Source of the DNA: Candidatus Poribacteria bacterium
Lineage (GTDB): Bacteria > Poribacteria > WGA-4E > WGA-3G
Direction: 5' to 3'
DNA length: 36,077 nucleotides
Assembly (NCBI GenBank): GCA_012270875.1
Contig: JAAXHI010000454.1
Coordinates: 827 to 36,903, forward strand
The notes beneath the pieces were generated by a model. It was not told where the DNA came from, made no database searches, and was given only the letters and a program-made list of their open reading frames with translations. Positions 19,044-28,143 of the stretch are shown piece after piece. Position 1 is the first letter of the stretch, and each line of letters starts with the position of its first letter. The position numbers were made by a program, and so were the translations under genes.

Positions 19044-21881
19044 ATGAAAAACAGTGATGTTCAACTTATCCAACGCGTGCTTGATGGCGATGATACGGCG
19101 TTCTCCGCACTCGTGAAAAAATATCAGCGATCTGTTCATGCGCTTGCGTGGCGGAAGGTCGGAGATTTCCACATCGCCGAGGATATCACACAAGAGACGT
19201 TCCTAAAAGCGTATCAGGGACTCTCTACGCTAAAGGAACCACAGTCCTTTGCGAGTTGGCTCTATGTGATAACGGCGAACCGTTGTAATACTTGGCTGCG
19301 TAAGAAACGTTTACGGACGCAGTCGTTGGAAGACACAAGCAGCACACAGTTAGAAAAAGCGACGTATTCTGGATATGTCATTGAAGAAAACGAGCGGATG
19401 ACGGTCGAAACACAACGCGAAGTCGTCAAAAAACTACTCGCAAAATTAAAAGAAAGCGATCGGACTGTCATCACGCTTTATTACTTCGGGGGAATGACGT
19501 ACGAAGAGATCAGCAAGTTTCTGGGTGTATCGGTAGGTGCGATTAAAAATCGTGTTTACCGTGCTCAAGAACGTCTGAAGAAGGAGGAACCGATGATACG
19601 AGAGGCTTTAGAGCATTTCCAAATCACACCGAGCCTTACGGACAACATCATGCAAGAAATCTCACGTTTGAAACCTGTTGCGCCATCAAGCAGTAAACCG
19701 TTAATTCCATGGGCGGTAGGTGTTTCCGCGTTGGTCGTCGTGTTTTTGATGTTGGGGGTCGGGACGCAATACTTATCGCGTTTCCAGAAACCTTACAGTT
19801 TCGATGCTGCAGCTGAGATGACAGTTGAGCTCATTGAAGCACCCGTCGTGCTAAACCTTGAATCTAAACCGGATGTTCGGACGCAGTTGGGGAATGTCAG
19901 CACGCCGAGCAAAAGCGATACCGCCAATCAGCATCCTAACGAGGTTTCAGCATTGGTCGCTGAATCACAAGCAGATAATACGGTTAATAAAGACTATTCA
20001 CAAGGGGAACTGCCGAAAGAGGCGAAAGCACGGTTCGGAAAAGGTGGTATTAATACGATCCAGTTTTCACCGGACGGCACGCAACTTGCAGTTGGAAGTG
20101 ACATCGGTGTATGGCTGTACAATGTTGAAACAGGTAAAGAGGAGTCTCTGTTTGCAGGGATGTGCCATACGCTTGCATTTTCACCCGATGGTCGCTTCTT
20201 GGTGAATAGCGGTGGCATGTTTCGCGGGCAGGAACTCCAATTGTGGGACATGGCTGCTGCCCGTAAGGTCCCCCTCATTGGTGGACCCTTTGCCGGATCT
20301 GCATTGCAGTTTTCTGAAGATAGCAAAACACTCATCAGTTTAGGTAACTTCGGGGACAGACTTTTCCGGTTAGATGTTGAAAGTGGACAAGGAAATGTGC
20401 AGAAGACCGAAGCAGAATTTGGTATGGGGAGACCTTATCCTGAGGTCTTCGCACTCACATACGATAAAATTGCGATTGGATGGGATGATGGGAAAATACA
20501 GTTGTGGGATCCAAAAACGGGTAAAGCGTTATCGACGCTCGACGGACATGCAATGCCAGCGGATATGTCGGATGATAAAAAAGTCTTAGCATTAGCATTT
20601 TCACCCGATGGTACTCGCCTTGCCAGTGGAAGCAAGGATAAGACGGTGCGCTTATGGGATCTCACCAACGCCGACGACGGGATTATCCTTCAAAAACATA
20701 CCGGATGGACAAATGTGTTAGTGTTTTCGCCGGACGGGAAAATGCTTGCTAGTGGGAGTGTCGATAAAACAGTGCAGTTGTGGGATACTGCCACGGGTGA
20801 GTCACTCGCGACATTGACTGGCAATACCAGTAGTATTAATGCGCTAACGTTTTCACCTGATAATAGTGTGCTTGTAAGCGGAGGGGCGGATGGCACTCTC
20901 CGATTTTGGAATACAGAAACAGGAGTTTCGCTACCGCTCCATATCATAGGACACATGGCATCGATGAGAGCAGCGACTTTTTTTCAAGGTAGTTCCACGC
21001 TTGTAGGTGTAGCATTTAATGGGGAAATTACCTTTTGGAATCTGAAAACGCCGCATAAGTCTATTGTTCATACGGCAGGCCATCGAGATTTGTTCCCGAC
21101 TTTAGCGTTTTCACCGGATGGTACGAAACTCGCCAGTGTTGGTGCCGAGGGCAGCATAATCTTCGGTGTACGCGGTATCGCCAGTTGGTGTCCAGATTCT
21201 TTGATTCGTTTGACGGATGTCAGCACGGGGAACGAATTGGCGACCCTTACAGATATTGGAGTCCCTTCAAACCTGACTTTTTCGCCTGATGGAAAAATAG
21301 TAGCCTTTAGTAGTCACGGTAAAATTAGCTTGTGGAATACAGAAACAGGGATTTTAGTTGATACCTTTCTTCCGCCCGCGAGTGCTTTGGCATTCTCATC
21401 AGACGGGAAAAAACTCGTTACTGGCACTAAGGAGGGAGATGTTGAGATGTGGAATGCGGAAACCGGGGTTGCGGTAACTTCCTCTATAGAACTTGATGGT
21501 TTTAGCAATACTGTAGCACCTATCAGAGCCTTGGTATTCTCTCCAAATGGTACGCTGCTTGCTGTGGCAAAGGATGAAGGCATTTATTTGTTGGGAAGTA
21601 ATAAAGAAATTCATCTTAAAGAAAGGCACCACCGTGGTGGCAGAACGTTAGCGTTTTCGCCAGATAGTACTGTATTTGTTGTTGGACTTAGATATGGCAA
21701 CATTGAGTTATGGGATTTGATAAAGGGAAACAAACTTACTACACTCAATGGACATACAGAAGAAGTGAAGATGTTAGCATTTTCACCTGATGGTCAAACG
21801 CTTGTCAGCACAGGAGAAGATGGCACAATTCTCTTGTGGGATTGGGATGAAATCCTCACAGGTTCATCTAAAAACGAATAA
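19044..21881 (+). CDS. ECF sigma factor-TM-WD40 repeat fusion
   Basis: ECF regions 2 and 4 (GMTYEEISKFLGVSVGAIKNRVYRA), TM, then LPKEAKARFGKG and many AFSPDG..LASGSxDKTVxLWD repeats. Confidence 0.93.
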   Translation: MKNSDVQLIQRVLDGDDTAFSALVKKYQRSVHALAWRKVGDFHIAEDITQETFLKAYQGLSTLKEPQSFASWLYVITANRCNTWLRKKRLRTQSLEDTSSTQLEKATYSGYVIEENERMTVETQREVVKKLLAKLKESDRTVITLYYFGGMTYEEISKFLGVSVGAIKNRVYRAQERLKKEEPMIREALEHFQITPSLTDNIMQEISRLKPVAPSSSKPLIPWAVGVSALVVVFLMLGVGTQYLSRFQKPYSFDAAAEMTVELIEAPVVLNLESKPDVRTQLGNVSTPSKSDTANQHPNEVSALVAESQADNTVNKDYSQGELPKEAKARFGKGGINTIQFSPDGTQLAVGSDIGVWLYNVETGKEESLFAGMCHTLAFSPDGRFLVNSGGMFRGQELQLWDMAAARKVPLIGGPFAGSALQFSEDSKTLISLGNFGDRLFRLDVESGQGNVQKTEAEFGMGRPYPEVFALTYDKIAIGWDDGKIQLWDPKTGKALSTLDGHAMPADMSDDKKVLALAFSPDGTRLASGSKDKTVRLWDLTNADDGIILQKHTGWTNVLVFSPDGKMLASGSVDKTVQLWDTATGESLATLTGNTSSINALTFSPDNSVLVSGGADGTLRFWNTETGVSLPLHIIGHMASMRAATFFQGSSTLVGVAFNGEITFWNLKTPHKSIVHTAGHRDLFPTLAFSPDGTKLASVGAEGSIIFGVRGIASWCPDSLIRLTDVSTGNELATLTDIGVPSNLTFSPDGKIVAFSSHGKISLWNTETGILVDTFLPPASALAFSSDGKKLVTGTKEGDVEMWNAETGVAVTSSIELDGFSNTVAPIRALVFSPNGTLLAVAKDEGIYLLGSNKEIHLKERHHRGGRTLAFSPDSTVFVVGLRYGNIELWDLIKGNKLTTLNGHTEEVKMLAFSPDGQTLVSTGEDGTILLWDWDEILTGSSKNE

Positions 21882-21961
21882 CGGTAAAACAGATTGTAGC
21901 GGAGGTAATTACCTATGGATTACAAGTGTATTGCCTCCGTCTCCTTGATCCCTTTTGTCTT

Positions 21962-22075
21962 ATACCATTTCTAAATGTTTATCGGACATTACCGGTTTTG
22001 ATGTAATGTCTGGCGATGCGGAACAAACTGGAAGTTTATTCTACATAAAGAGGGATTTATTAACAGAAATGGTAT
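21962..22075. mobile_element. MITE-like element with 11-bp perfect terminal inverted repeats and internal hairpins
   Basis: ATACCATTTCT (21962-21972) / AGAAATGGTAT (22065-22075). Internal GACATTAC..GTAATGTC (21985-22010) and a REP-like hairpin at 22021-22045. A 17-bp exact reverse copy of the left end lies at 28034-28050. Confidence 0.6.
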
Positions 22076-22250
22076 TAGTATTACACCTTCCGATTTCTAT
22101 TACGCTTCTTCGCTAAATTTGTGCTATAATCCCACTCACAGAAAGCAGCAATTACAAGCCCTCCTTATCCCTCATTATCACCATAACCGAATCTTGACCC
22201 ACTTTTCATGAACCTGTATCTCCGGACGAAGCGGGTTAAACAAAAATTTT

Positions 22251-22289
22251 CAGAATTGTGAAACTTTTTAATGACTCGTCGCGTCACTA
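22251..22289 (+). promoter_or_regulatory. Putative ECF promoter CAGAATTGTGAAAC-N17-CGTCACTA
   Basis: Conserved motif. TGAAAC..CGT resembles classical ECF promoters. Extended -10 TGCTATAAT further upstream at 22122-22130. Confidence 0.78.
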
Positions 22290-22334
22290 AGGGTTGATGT
22301 AAAGTAATGAACATTCCCTGTCCAGAGGTATCCG

Positions 22335-25331
22335 ATGAAAAATGACGATGTTCAGCTCATTCAACGCGTCCTTGAAGGCGATGATACGGCGTTCTCCACA
22401 CTTGTGAAAAAATATCAGCGATCTGTTCATGCGCTTGCGTGGCGGAAGGTCGGAGATTTCCATATTGCCGAGGATATTACACAGGATTCGTTCCTCAAAG
22501 CGTATCAGCGACTCTCTACGTTGAAGGAGCCACAGTCCTTTGCGAGTTGGCTGTACGTCATCACCGCAAATCAGTGTAAAGCGTGGATTCGGAAGAAACG
22601 GACGTGGATTCAGTCGTTGGAAGACACAAGCAGCGTACAGTTAGAAAGAGCGACCTACTCTGGACATATCATTGCGGAGAACGAGCAGATGACAGAAGAA
22701 GCACAACGTGAAGTCGTCAAGAAACTACTCGCCAAATTACAAGAAAGTGACCGAACGGTCATTACGCTCTATTACCTCGGGGGAATGACGTATGAAGAAA
22801 TTAGCAATTTTTTAGGTGTATCGGTAGGTGCGATTAAAAGTCGGCTTCACCGAGCAAGGCAGCGCTTAAAAAAGGAGGAACCGATGATTAGAGAGGCTTT
22901 AGGCAATTTCCAAATTACGCCGAATCTTACCGAGAATATCATGCAAGAAATCTCGCGTCTGAAACCGATTGCACCATCAGGTAGCAAACCGATTGTGCCG
23001 TGGGGAATCATAGGTGTTTCCACAATAGCAGTCGTCTTTTTAATATTAGGTGTTGGCACGGAGTACTTATCGCGTTTTCAAAAACCGTACAGTTTTGATG
23101 CGACATCAGAAATGATGGTTGATATTATTGAAACGCCAATCGTATTAGATATTGAATCGAAACCCGATGTCCGGACGCAACTTGGCAGCACTACCGCGCT
23201 CAGTAAAAACGATGGTGCCGGTCAGCAACCTGATGAGGTCTTATTTGCTGCTGCACAAGCAGAAGGAGAGGACGTTTCTGTCCCGAAACAGCAGTGGATC
23301 CGGGCAGGACCGATCAAAGGAAGTAGAGCAGAAGGTTTACTTGCGACATCTGAGGGTGAGTTTTACACTTTTGCTGATATGCAAATTTACAAATTAGAAA
23401 CCGATGGAAAAAAGGGGCGACACATCTTTGATTTTAGGTCCCTGGTAAATTCTCGTCCGCCAGCTGCACCGCTCGCAAAGTGGAAAGACACCCTCTACAT
23501 TATGCTGGCAAACGAACTTCTTGCTTCAAAGGACGACGGTCAGACATGGAATTTGGTACACACTTTGCCAGCCGTACATTACTTTGCGATTGGTTTGATA
23601 CTAACGGATCAAGCGTTCTATGCCGCTTTTGAGGACGGTATTTTCCGTTCTGAGGACCTTGGCAAAACGTGGAAGGCAATAAACGATGGATTAATGATGG
23701 GGGATATGGGGTATATCCGTTCTATCGTCAATATTCAAGACACATTGTTTGCTGGGACCAGCAACGGACTCTACCGCCTCAGTGCTGACAGTTGGCAACG
23801 TGTGGCGTTTCCAGTATCCGTTGGACGGATCCGTTCAGCTGCAGCGACTGAAGAGAAACTTTACGTTGTTGCGGAGATGGCTGATACGGATCCTCGTAAA
23901 GTTTCCAGGGGGCTGCAGCGGGCTTGGTCAATATTTCGCTCAACTGATTTGGGGAGTTCGTGGGACGATATTACACCAACAAACGCTTGGGCAGTAAAAG
24001 GATGGCCACCCTCTATTAAACTTATTGCTGCTGGCGACACACTTTTAGCGATGGAACAAGGGATGGTGCGCTCTACCGATGGTGGAAACACGTGGCTGCC
24101 CACACAATTACCCGGGACATCCCCTACAATGAATGCTGATGTAGACGTTGCGATAGCAGTAAACGACGTTTTTTATGTTGGGAGTTGGCGTAGTGGACTC
24201 CATCGTTCTACCGATGCTGGCAAATCGTGGAACATCGTAAACATCACGCCGGATACAGGTCAAATAGGTAATCTCATCGCGCATAGAAAAAACAACACAC
24301 CTCTGACGCTCTACGCGAGATATGAAGAAGAAAAGGTCGTAAAAACCACTGATAGAGGTAAGTCTTGGAAGACCGTTCAAATAGAAATGCCGATGACAGT
24401 GCCTCGCAGAGAAAGCATACCAAGTATTACCCATATCGTCAAAGCCGATGGTAAAATCTATGCCAAAGGTGGCGATGTGCTTGGTAGAGGAAAGACGCGA
24501 ATATATCGCGTATCTACAGATAGCAATTCGCTTGTTCCGATACAAGGCATGCCGATCTTTGACGGAATGCCTTTAACGTTCGAGTCAAGTCGAATAAGGG
24601 GAATGAGAAGGGACGGGGCTAACTTGTCAGATGCCTCAGTCATTGAGCAGTTGCGAGAAAAGGCTCCTGGTGCGGACGAATTCTTCAGGCAGTTGGTAGA
24701 ATGGGATCCTCTACAGCCAGATGTCTATATACAATTAGGGTTCCGTAGGGGGGCGTTTGCTGTTAGTGGCGACACGTTCTACATGGAATACAACTATAAA
24801 CTCTTCCGATGGGAACCCGGTGATACTGAATGGTACGACACCGAACAGGAAGCAACCGTTGAACTGTCTCTGGGCTTAGCATCCAGAAAGCTTAAGCTCG
24901 CGACTTCAGGGAACACCGTCTACGTCGGCAAACGGGATGGGCACCTCGTGGTCTCGTTTGATAAAGGAAACAATTGGATTGATCTCACGCCGATCTTACC
25001 CTTTCCCATCAAAGCCTTTTATGATATAGTGTTTGTGGGTTCCACGGTATATGTAGCAACGGATGCGGGTGTCGCTGCATCAAGTGATGGCAAACAGTGG
25101 CGTGCGATCACCGATGCAACGGGCACGCCTCTTATTATCGGGCCGTTGGCAGTTGATGGCACAAACGTTTATGGTGTTTCCAAGTCAGGTGTCCATCGGT
25201 TGGAAAACGGCACATGGAAAGAGGTTATTTCAGAGAGACCAAATAGCATGACCTCGCTTGCTGTTGATGGGAACATGTTGTACGTCGGCACGCAGGACAG
25301 CGGGGTGCTGCATTTCAATCTTGACGAATAA
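22335..25331 (+). CDS. ECF sigma factor-TM-Asp-box/BNR beta-propeller fusion
   Basis: Region 4 GMTYEEISNFLGVSVGAIKSRLHRA. Sensor closely related to 10075 (WDDITPTNAW, VYVGKRDGHLV). Confidence 0.93.
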   Translation: MKNDDVQLIQRVLEGDDTAFSTLVKKYQRSVHALAWRKVGDFHIAEDITQDSFLKAYQRLSTLKEPQSFASWLYVITANQCKAWIRKKRTWIQSLEDTSSVQLERATYSGHIIAENEQMTEEAQREVVKKLLAKLQESDRTVITLYYLGGMTYEEISNFLGVSVGAIKSRLHRARQRLKKEEPMIREALGNFQITPNLTENIMQEISRLKPIAPSGSKPIVPWGIIGVSTIAVVFLILGVGTEYLSRFQKPYSFDATSEMMVDIIETPIVLDIESKPDVRTQLGSTTALSKNDGAGQQPDEVLFAAAQAEGEDVSVPKQQWIRAGPIKGSRAEGLLATSEGEFYTFADMQIYKLETDGKKGRHIFDFRSLVNSRPPAAPLAKWKDTLYIMLANELLASKDDGQTWNLVHTLPAVHYFAIGLILTDQAFYAAFEDGIFRSEDLGKTWKAINDGLMMGDMGYIRSIVNIQDTLFAGTSNGLYRLSADSWQRVAFPVSVGRIRSAAATEEKLYVVAEMADTDPRKVSRGLQRAWSIFRSTDLGSSWDDITPTNAWAVKGWPPSIKLIAAGDTLLAMEQGMVRSTDGGNTWLPTQLPGTSPTMNADVDVAIAVNDVFYVGSWRSGLHRSTDAGKSWNIVNITPDTGQIGNLIAHRKNNTPLTLYARYEEEKVVKTTDRGKSWKTVQIEMPMTVPRRESIPSITHIVKADGKIYAKGGDVLGRGKTRIYRVSTDSNSLVPIQGMPIFDGMPLTFESSRIRGMRRDGANLSDASVIEQLREKAPGADEFFRQLVEWDPLQPDVYIQLGFRRGAFAVSGDTFYMEYNYKLFRWEPGDTEWYDTEQEATVELSLGLASRKLKLATSGNTVYVGKRDGHLVVSFDKGNNWIDLTPILPFPIKAFYDIVFVGSTVYVATDAGVAASSDGKQWRAITDATGTPLIIGPLAVDGTNVYGVSKSGVHRLENGTWKEVISERPNSMTSLAVDGNMLYVGTQDSGVLHFNLDE

Positions 25332-25352
25332 TAGAAATCAATATATCTTACC

Positions 25353-25380
25353 TGGGCGGTGCAACAATACCGCCCATTCT
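25353..25380 (+). terminator. Probable terminator hairpin
   Basis: TGGGCGGT-gcaacaat-ACCGCCCA-TTCT after the stop codon. Confidence 0.6.
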
Positions 25381-25529
25381 CTCCGTATTCAAATCCTCAA
25401 TAATTTACGCAAATATTTACACGCCCTTTCCAGATCAGATGCGCTTTTAGCTGCATTTGTGGTATAATATTTTGATATAAGTGAGAATTGCTTGGATTGT
25501 GCCTACTACGGCTTAAGGAGGGAACCCCC

Positions 25530-27860
25530 ATGATTTGCGACGCTTTAGACAATATTCAATTCATGCCAAATGCTACACAGCGCGTAGGACGTGAAATGCT
25601 ATGTACCAAATCTACTAAACTGTTAGTGTCATGGACAATCGCTGCTTTGATGGTGATTGTGCTGCTGATGCAGACACATCAGGTCTTAGCCAACCAAGAG
25701 GACTATACCCGATGGGGATTACCTAAAGGTGCCAAAGCACGGATCGGGAAAGGTGTGTTCACTGATATGCAGCTATCACCGGATGGCACGCGTTTGGCGA
25801 TTGCGAGTTCCGCAGGTGTCTGGCTTTATGATGTCAGTACAGGGGATGAGATTGCGCTTATCACGGAGAATACGACTCTCATCGGACAGGTCGCCTTTTC
25901 TCCTGACAGTACAACGCTTGCGACTGCTGGTGGGGACAACAAATGTCAAATCTGGGATGTTGAAAGTCGGACACTTCTACTGACATTCAAGATGCCTGAT
26001 TATTGGATCAAGACATTGGCATTCATGGATGACGGAAAAACCCTCGTCGGCGAAGGGATAATTGACAAAATCTCACACCCTCTGTTGGGGGGTGGACCTT
26101 GGATGTGGGATGTTCCCAAGGTCTGGATGTGGGATATCCAGACTGGAAAGCAGTTAGATACTTTCACCACTGAACTGCCGAGATTCAATCCGATGAAAGA
26201 TGTGCGGTCCAGTGTCATGGTAAAGGCATTTGCCAATAACGATCGTGTTATATTTGCCTTTGAGAATAAAGACGGAACGATTAGCGTCAAAGATGGACGC
26301 ACTAACCGCGAAGTAGCTGTGCTTCCCAATCTTAATGACGAGGTAAAAGCGTTCGGTTTTTCACCAGATGGTAAAGGGGTTGCCATTGCGACTTCAAGGG
26401 ACGTACATCTCTGGGACCTTGAGACAGGAGAACAGATACTAACATTTCCAAAGCAGGTTGCAGATTTCTATGGAAATCCGTCTATACTGGCATTCTCAAA
26501 AGATGGAAAAACGCTTGCCGTTGCGGGTTTAGACGACATTGAGATATGGAATATGGATACGCATTCGCATGTTGCTACACTTAAAAATACAGATGGCGGT
26601 TTGTGGGAATTTGTGTTATCAAGGGACGGCGCAACCGTCATCACTATGAATCACCACGGCAGGGTAGATTTGTGGTCGGCACAGACCGGCAAACATGAAC
26701 GCACCTTGACGATAGGATATACGAATAGATTCTCCAAGTTGGCGTTCGCGCCCGATGGGAAAACGATTGCGAGTAGCACGGGTAGCAAAGTTCACCTGTG
26801 GGATACAAACACTCGGACTGAAAGATTGCGGATGCAACTGCCCGGACGCATTGAAAATGAAAAAAAACGGGTTGAACCGGATTTGCGAGCCGCTGTGCCG
26901 ATAGAACGTGGAAGTGAAATCATCGGCTTAGCGTTTTCTGAATATAACACACCGCTCGCTGCTGCCGCGTATAGCAAAACTCTCGTCGCTTTTACCGTTT
27001 CCGGCAAAGTTGAAATATGGGATGTCGCTACTGGAGAATATAGTGCCGATTATACCCTCGCGGACATGCCTCGTAAAGGGATGCCAGGGCTGTTAGCACC
27101 CGATTTGACTGCTGTGCCAACGCCTCGGACCCCGGGAATATATCACCTCTTCGCAACACCGTTTGAGAGATCAGGTCACGCCTTGTATGCAGCTGCCTTT
27201 TCACCAGATGGTGAAAAACTAACTGTTAAAAATCGGGACGACGTGATGGAGATATGGGATGTTCTGACCCGTAGACGCTTATGCACACTCCCAGATCGCT
27301 CTCCAAACAAGAGTGCCGCGTTGGCATCTACGTTGGCATTCACACCGGATGGCGAAGTGCTTGCGATTGGTGAAGGTGCGGATGTCCATCTGTCACATAC
27401 GGATACAGGTGAAACGTTTGCCATATTCAGCGTCTCTCAGGAGAAACCGAATGCGATAGATAAATTACAAGGATTGTTCGACTCGCAGCGTTTTGATGTA
27501 TCGGTCGGTGCCGTAGCATTAGCGCGCCCTGGAAAACTTCCGGCTGTTGCTGCGAGTGGAGGCAAGACAATTTATTTTTGGAACATCGCAAAGCGGGAAC
27601 CTATTACGCTCAAAGAACATACAAGTGAAGTCTGTAAACTGGCGTTCACACCCGACGGCACTGTTCTGGCAAGTGGTGATGTTGATGGGACAATTCACTT
27701 GTGGTCGCTGCCCGCAGGAGACAAAATTGCCACATTCAATCCGTATGTGAGTCCCGTTAGTCAGTTAGTTTTCTCACCTGATGGAAAAACTCTTGCAAGC
27801 ACAAACCTACATTCTCGTTTTGCTGGAACGATACTCCTTTGGGACGTTCCACCCAAGTAA
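25530..27860 (+). CDS. Membrane-anchored or secreted WD40 protein; sigma-less paralog of the ECF-WD40 fusions
   Basis: AAGGAGGG RBS before ATG 25530. N-terminus MICDALDNIQFMPNATQRVGREM..KLLVSWTIAALMVIVLLM aligns with the ECF linker + TM. EDYTRWGLPKGAKARIGKG then WD40 repeats. TGGTATAAT at 25460-25468. Confidence 0.88.
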   Translation: MICDALDNIQFMPNATQRVGREMLCTKSTKLLVSWTIAALMVIVLLMQTHQVLANQEDYTRWGLPKGAKARIGKGVFTDMQLSPDGTRLAIASSAGVWLYDVSTGDEIALITENTTLIGQVAFSPDSTTLATAGGDNKCQIWDVESRTLLLTFKMPDYWIKTLAFMDDGKTLVGEGIIDKISHPLLGGGPWMWDVPKVWMWDIQTGKQLDTFTTELPRFNPMKDVRSSVMVKAFANNDRVIFAFENKDGTISVKDGRTNREVAVLPNLNDEVKAFGFSPDGKGVAIATSRDVHLWDLETGEQILTFPKQVADFYGNPSILAFSKDGKTLAVAGLDDIEIWNMDTHSHVATLKNTDGGLWEFVLSRDGATVITMNHHGRVDLWSAQTGKHERTLTIGYTNRFSKLAFAPDGKTIASSTGSKVHLWDTNTRTERLRMQLPGRIENEKKRVEPDLRAAVPIERGSEIIGLAFSEYNTPLAAAAYSKTLVAFTVSGKVEIWDVATGEYSADYTLADMPRKGMPGLLAPDLTAVPTPRTPGIYHLFATPFERSGHALYAAAFSPDGEKLTVKNRDDVMEIWDVLTRRRLCTLPDRSPNKSAALASTLAFTPDGEVLAIGEGADVHLSHTDTGETFAIFSVSQEKPNAIDKLQGLFDSQRFDVSVGAVALARPGKLPAVAASGGKTIYFWNIAKREPITLKEHTSEVCKLAFTPDGTVLASGDVDGTIHLWSLPAGDKIATFNPYVSPVSQLVFSPDGKTLASTNLHSRFAGTILLWDVPPK

Positions 27861-27949
27861 AACCGACCGCGTCATGGGTAACACCAAATCAGAAAGATAA
27901 AGTCACATTATAGAGATTTTGGAACGCTATGAGGTATCGGTCTGTAAGA

Positions 27950-28003
27950 GCGCAATAATGCACGTCGCATTTGGGCGAGTACGCCGCAGAATTGCGCTAC
28001 TAC
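27950..28003. repeat. REP-like stem GCGCAAT..ATTGCGC-TACTAC enclosing dispersed repeat copy 2
   Basis: GCGCAAT 27950-27956 pairs with ATTGCGC 27991-27997; the inner 31 bp match 417-447. Confidence 0.75.
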
Positions 28004-28059
28004 GAGCGGGTTTTTCCTTAGTGAGAGGCGTTTATTTAGAAATGGTATAATCATTATTG

Positions 28060-28099
28060 CAGAATTATGCAACCGTTTTCCGCCTAAGTCGCGTCACTA
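28060..28099 (+). promoter_or_regulatory. Putative ECF promoter CAGAATTATGCAAC-N18-CGTCACTA
   Basis: Conserved motif. It lies inside the ORF-track extension 28057-28143, which supports ATG 28144 as the true start. Confidence 0.75.
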
Positions 28100-28143
28100 A
28101 GAGTCAATGTGGAATATTGAACTCCCTATTTTGGAGAAGTCTG

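Noticed and set aside
28057-28143. N-terminal extensions in the ORF track (also 4764, 6750, 9133, 10072, 25488)
   Set aside because: Paralog alignment and RBS positions support downstream ATGs; the 28057 extension overlaps the promoter motif.
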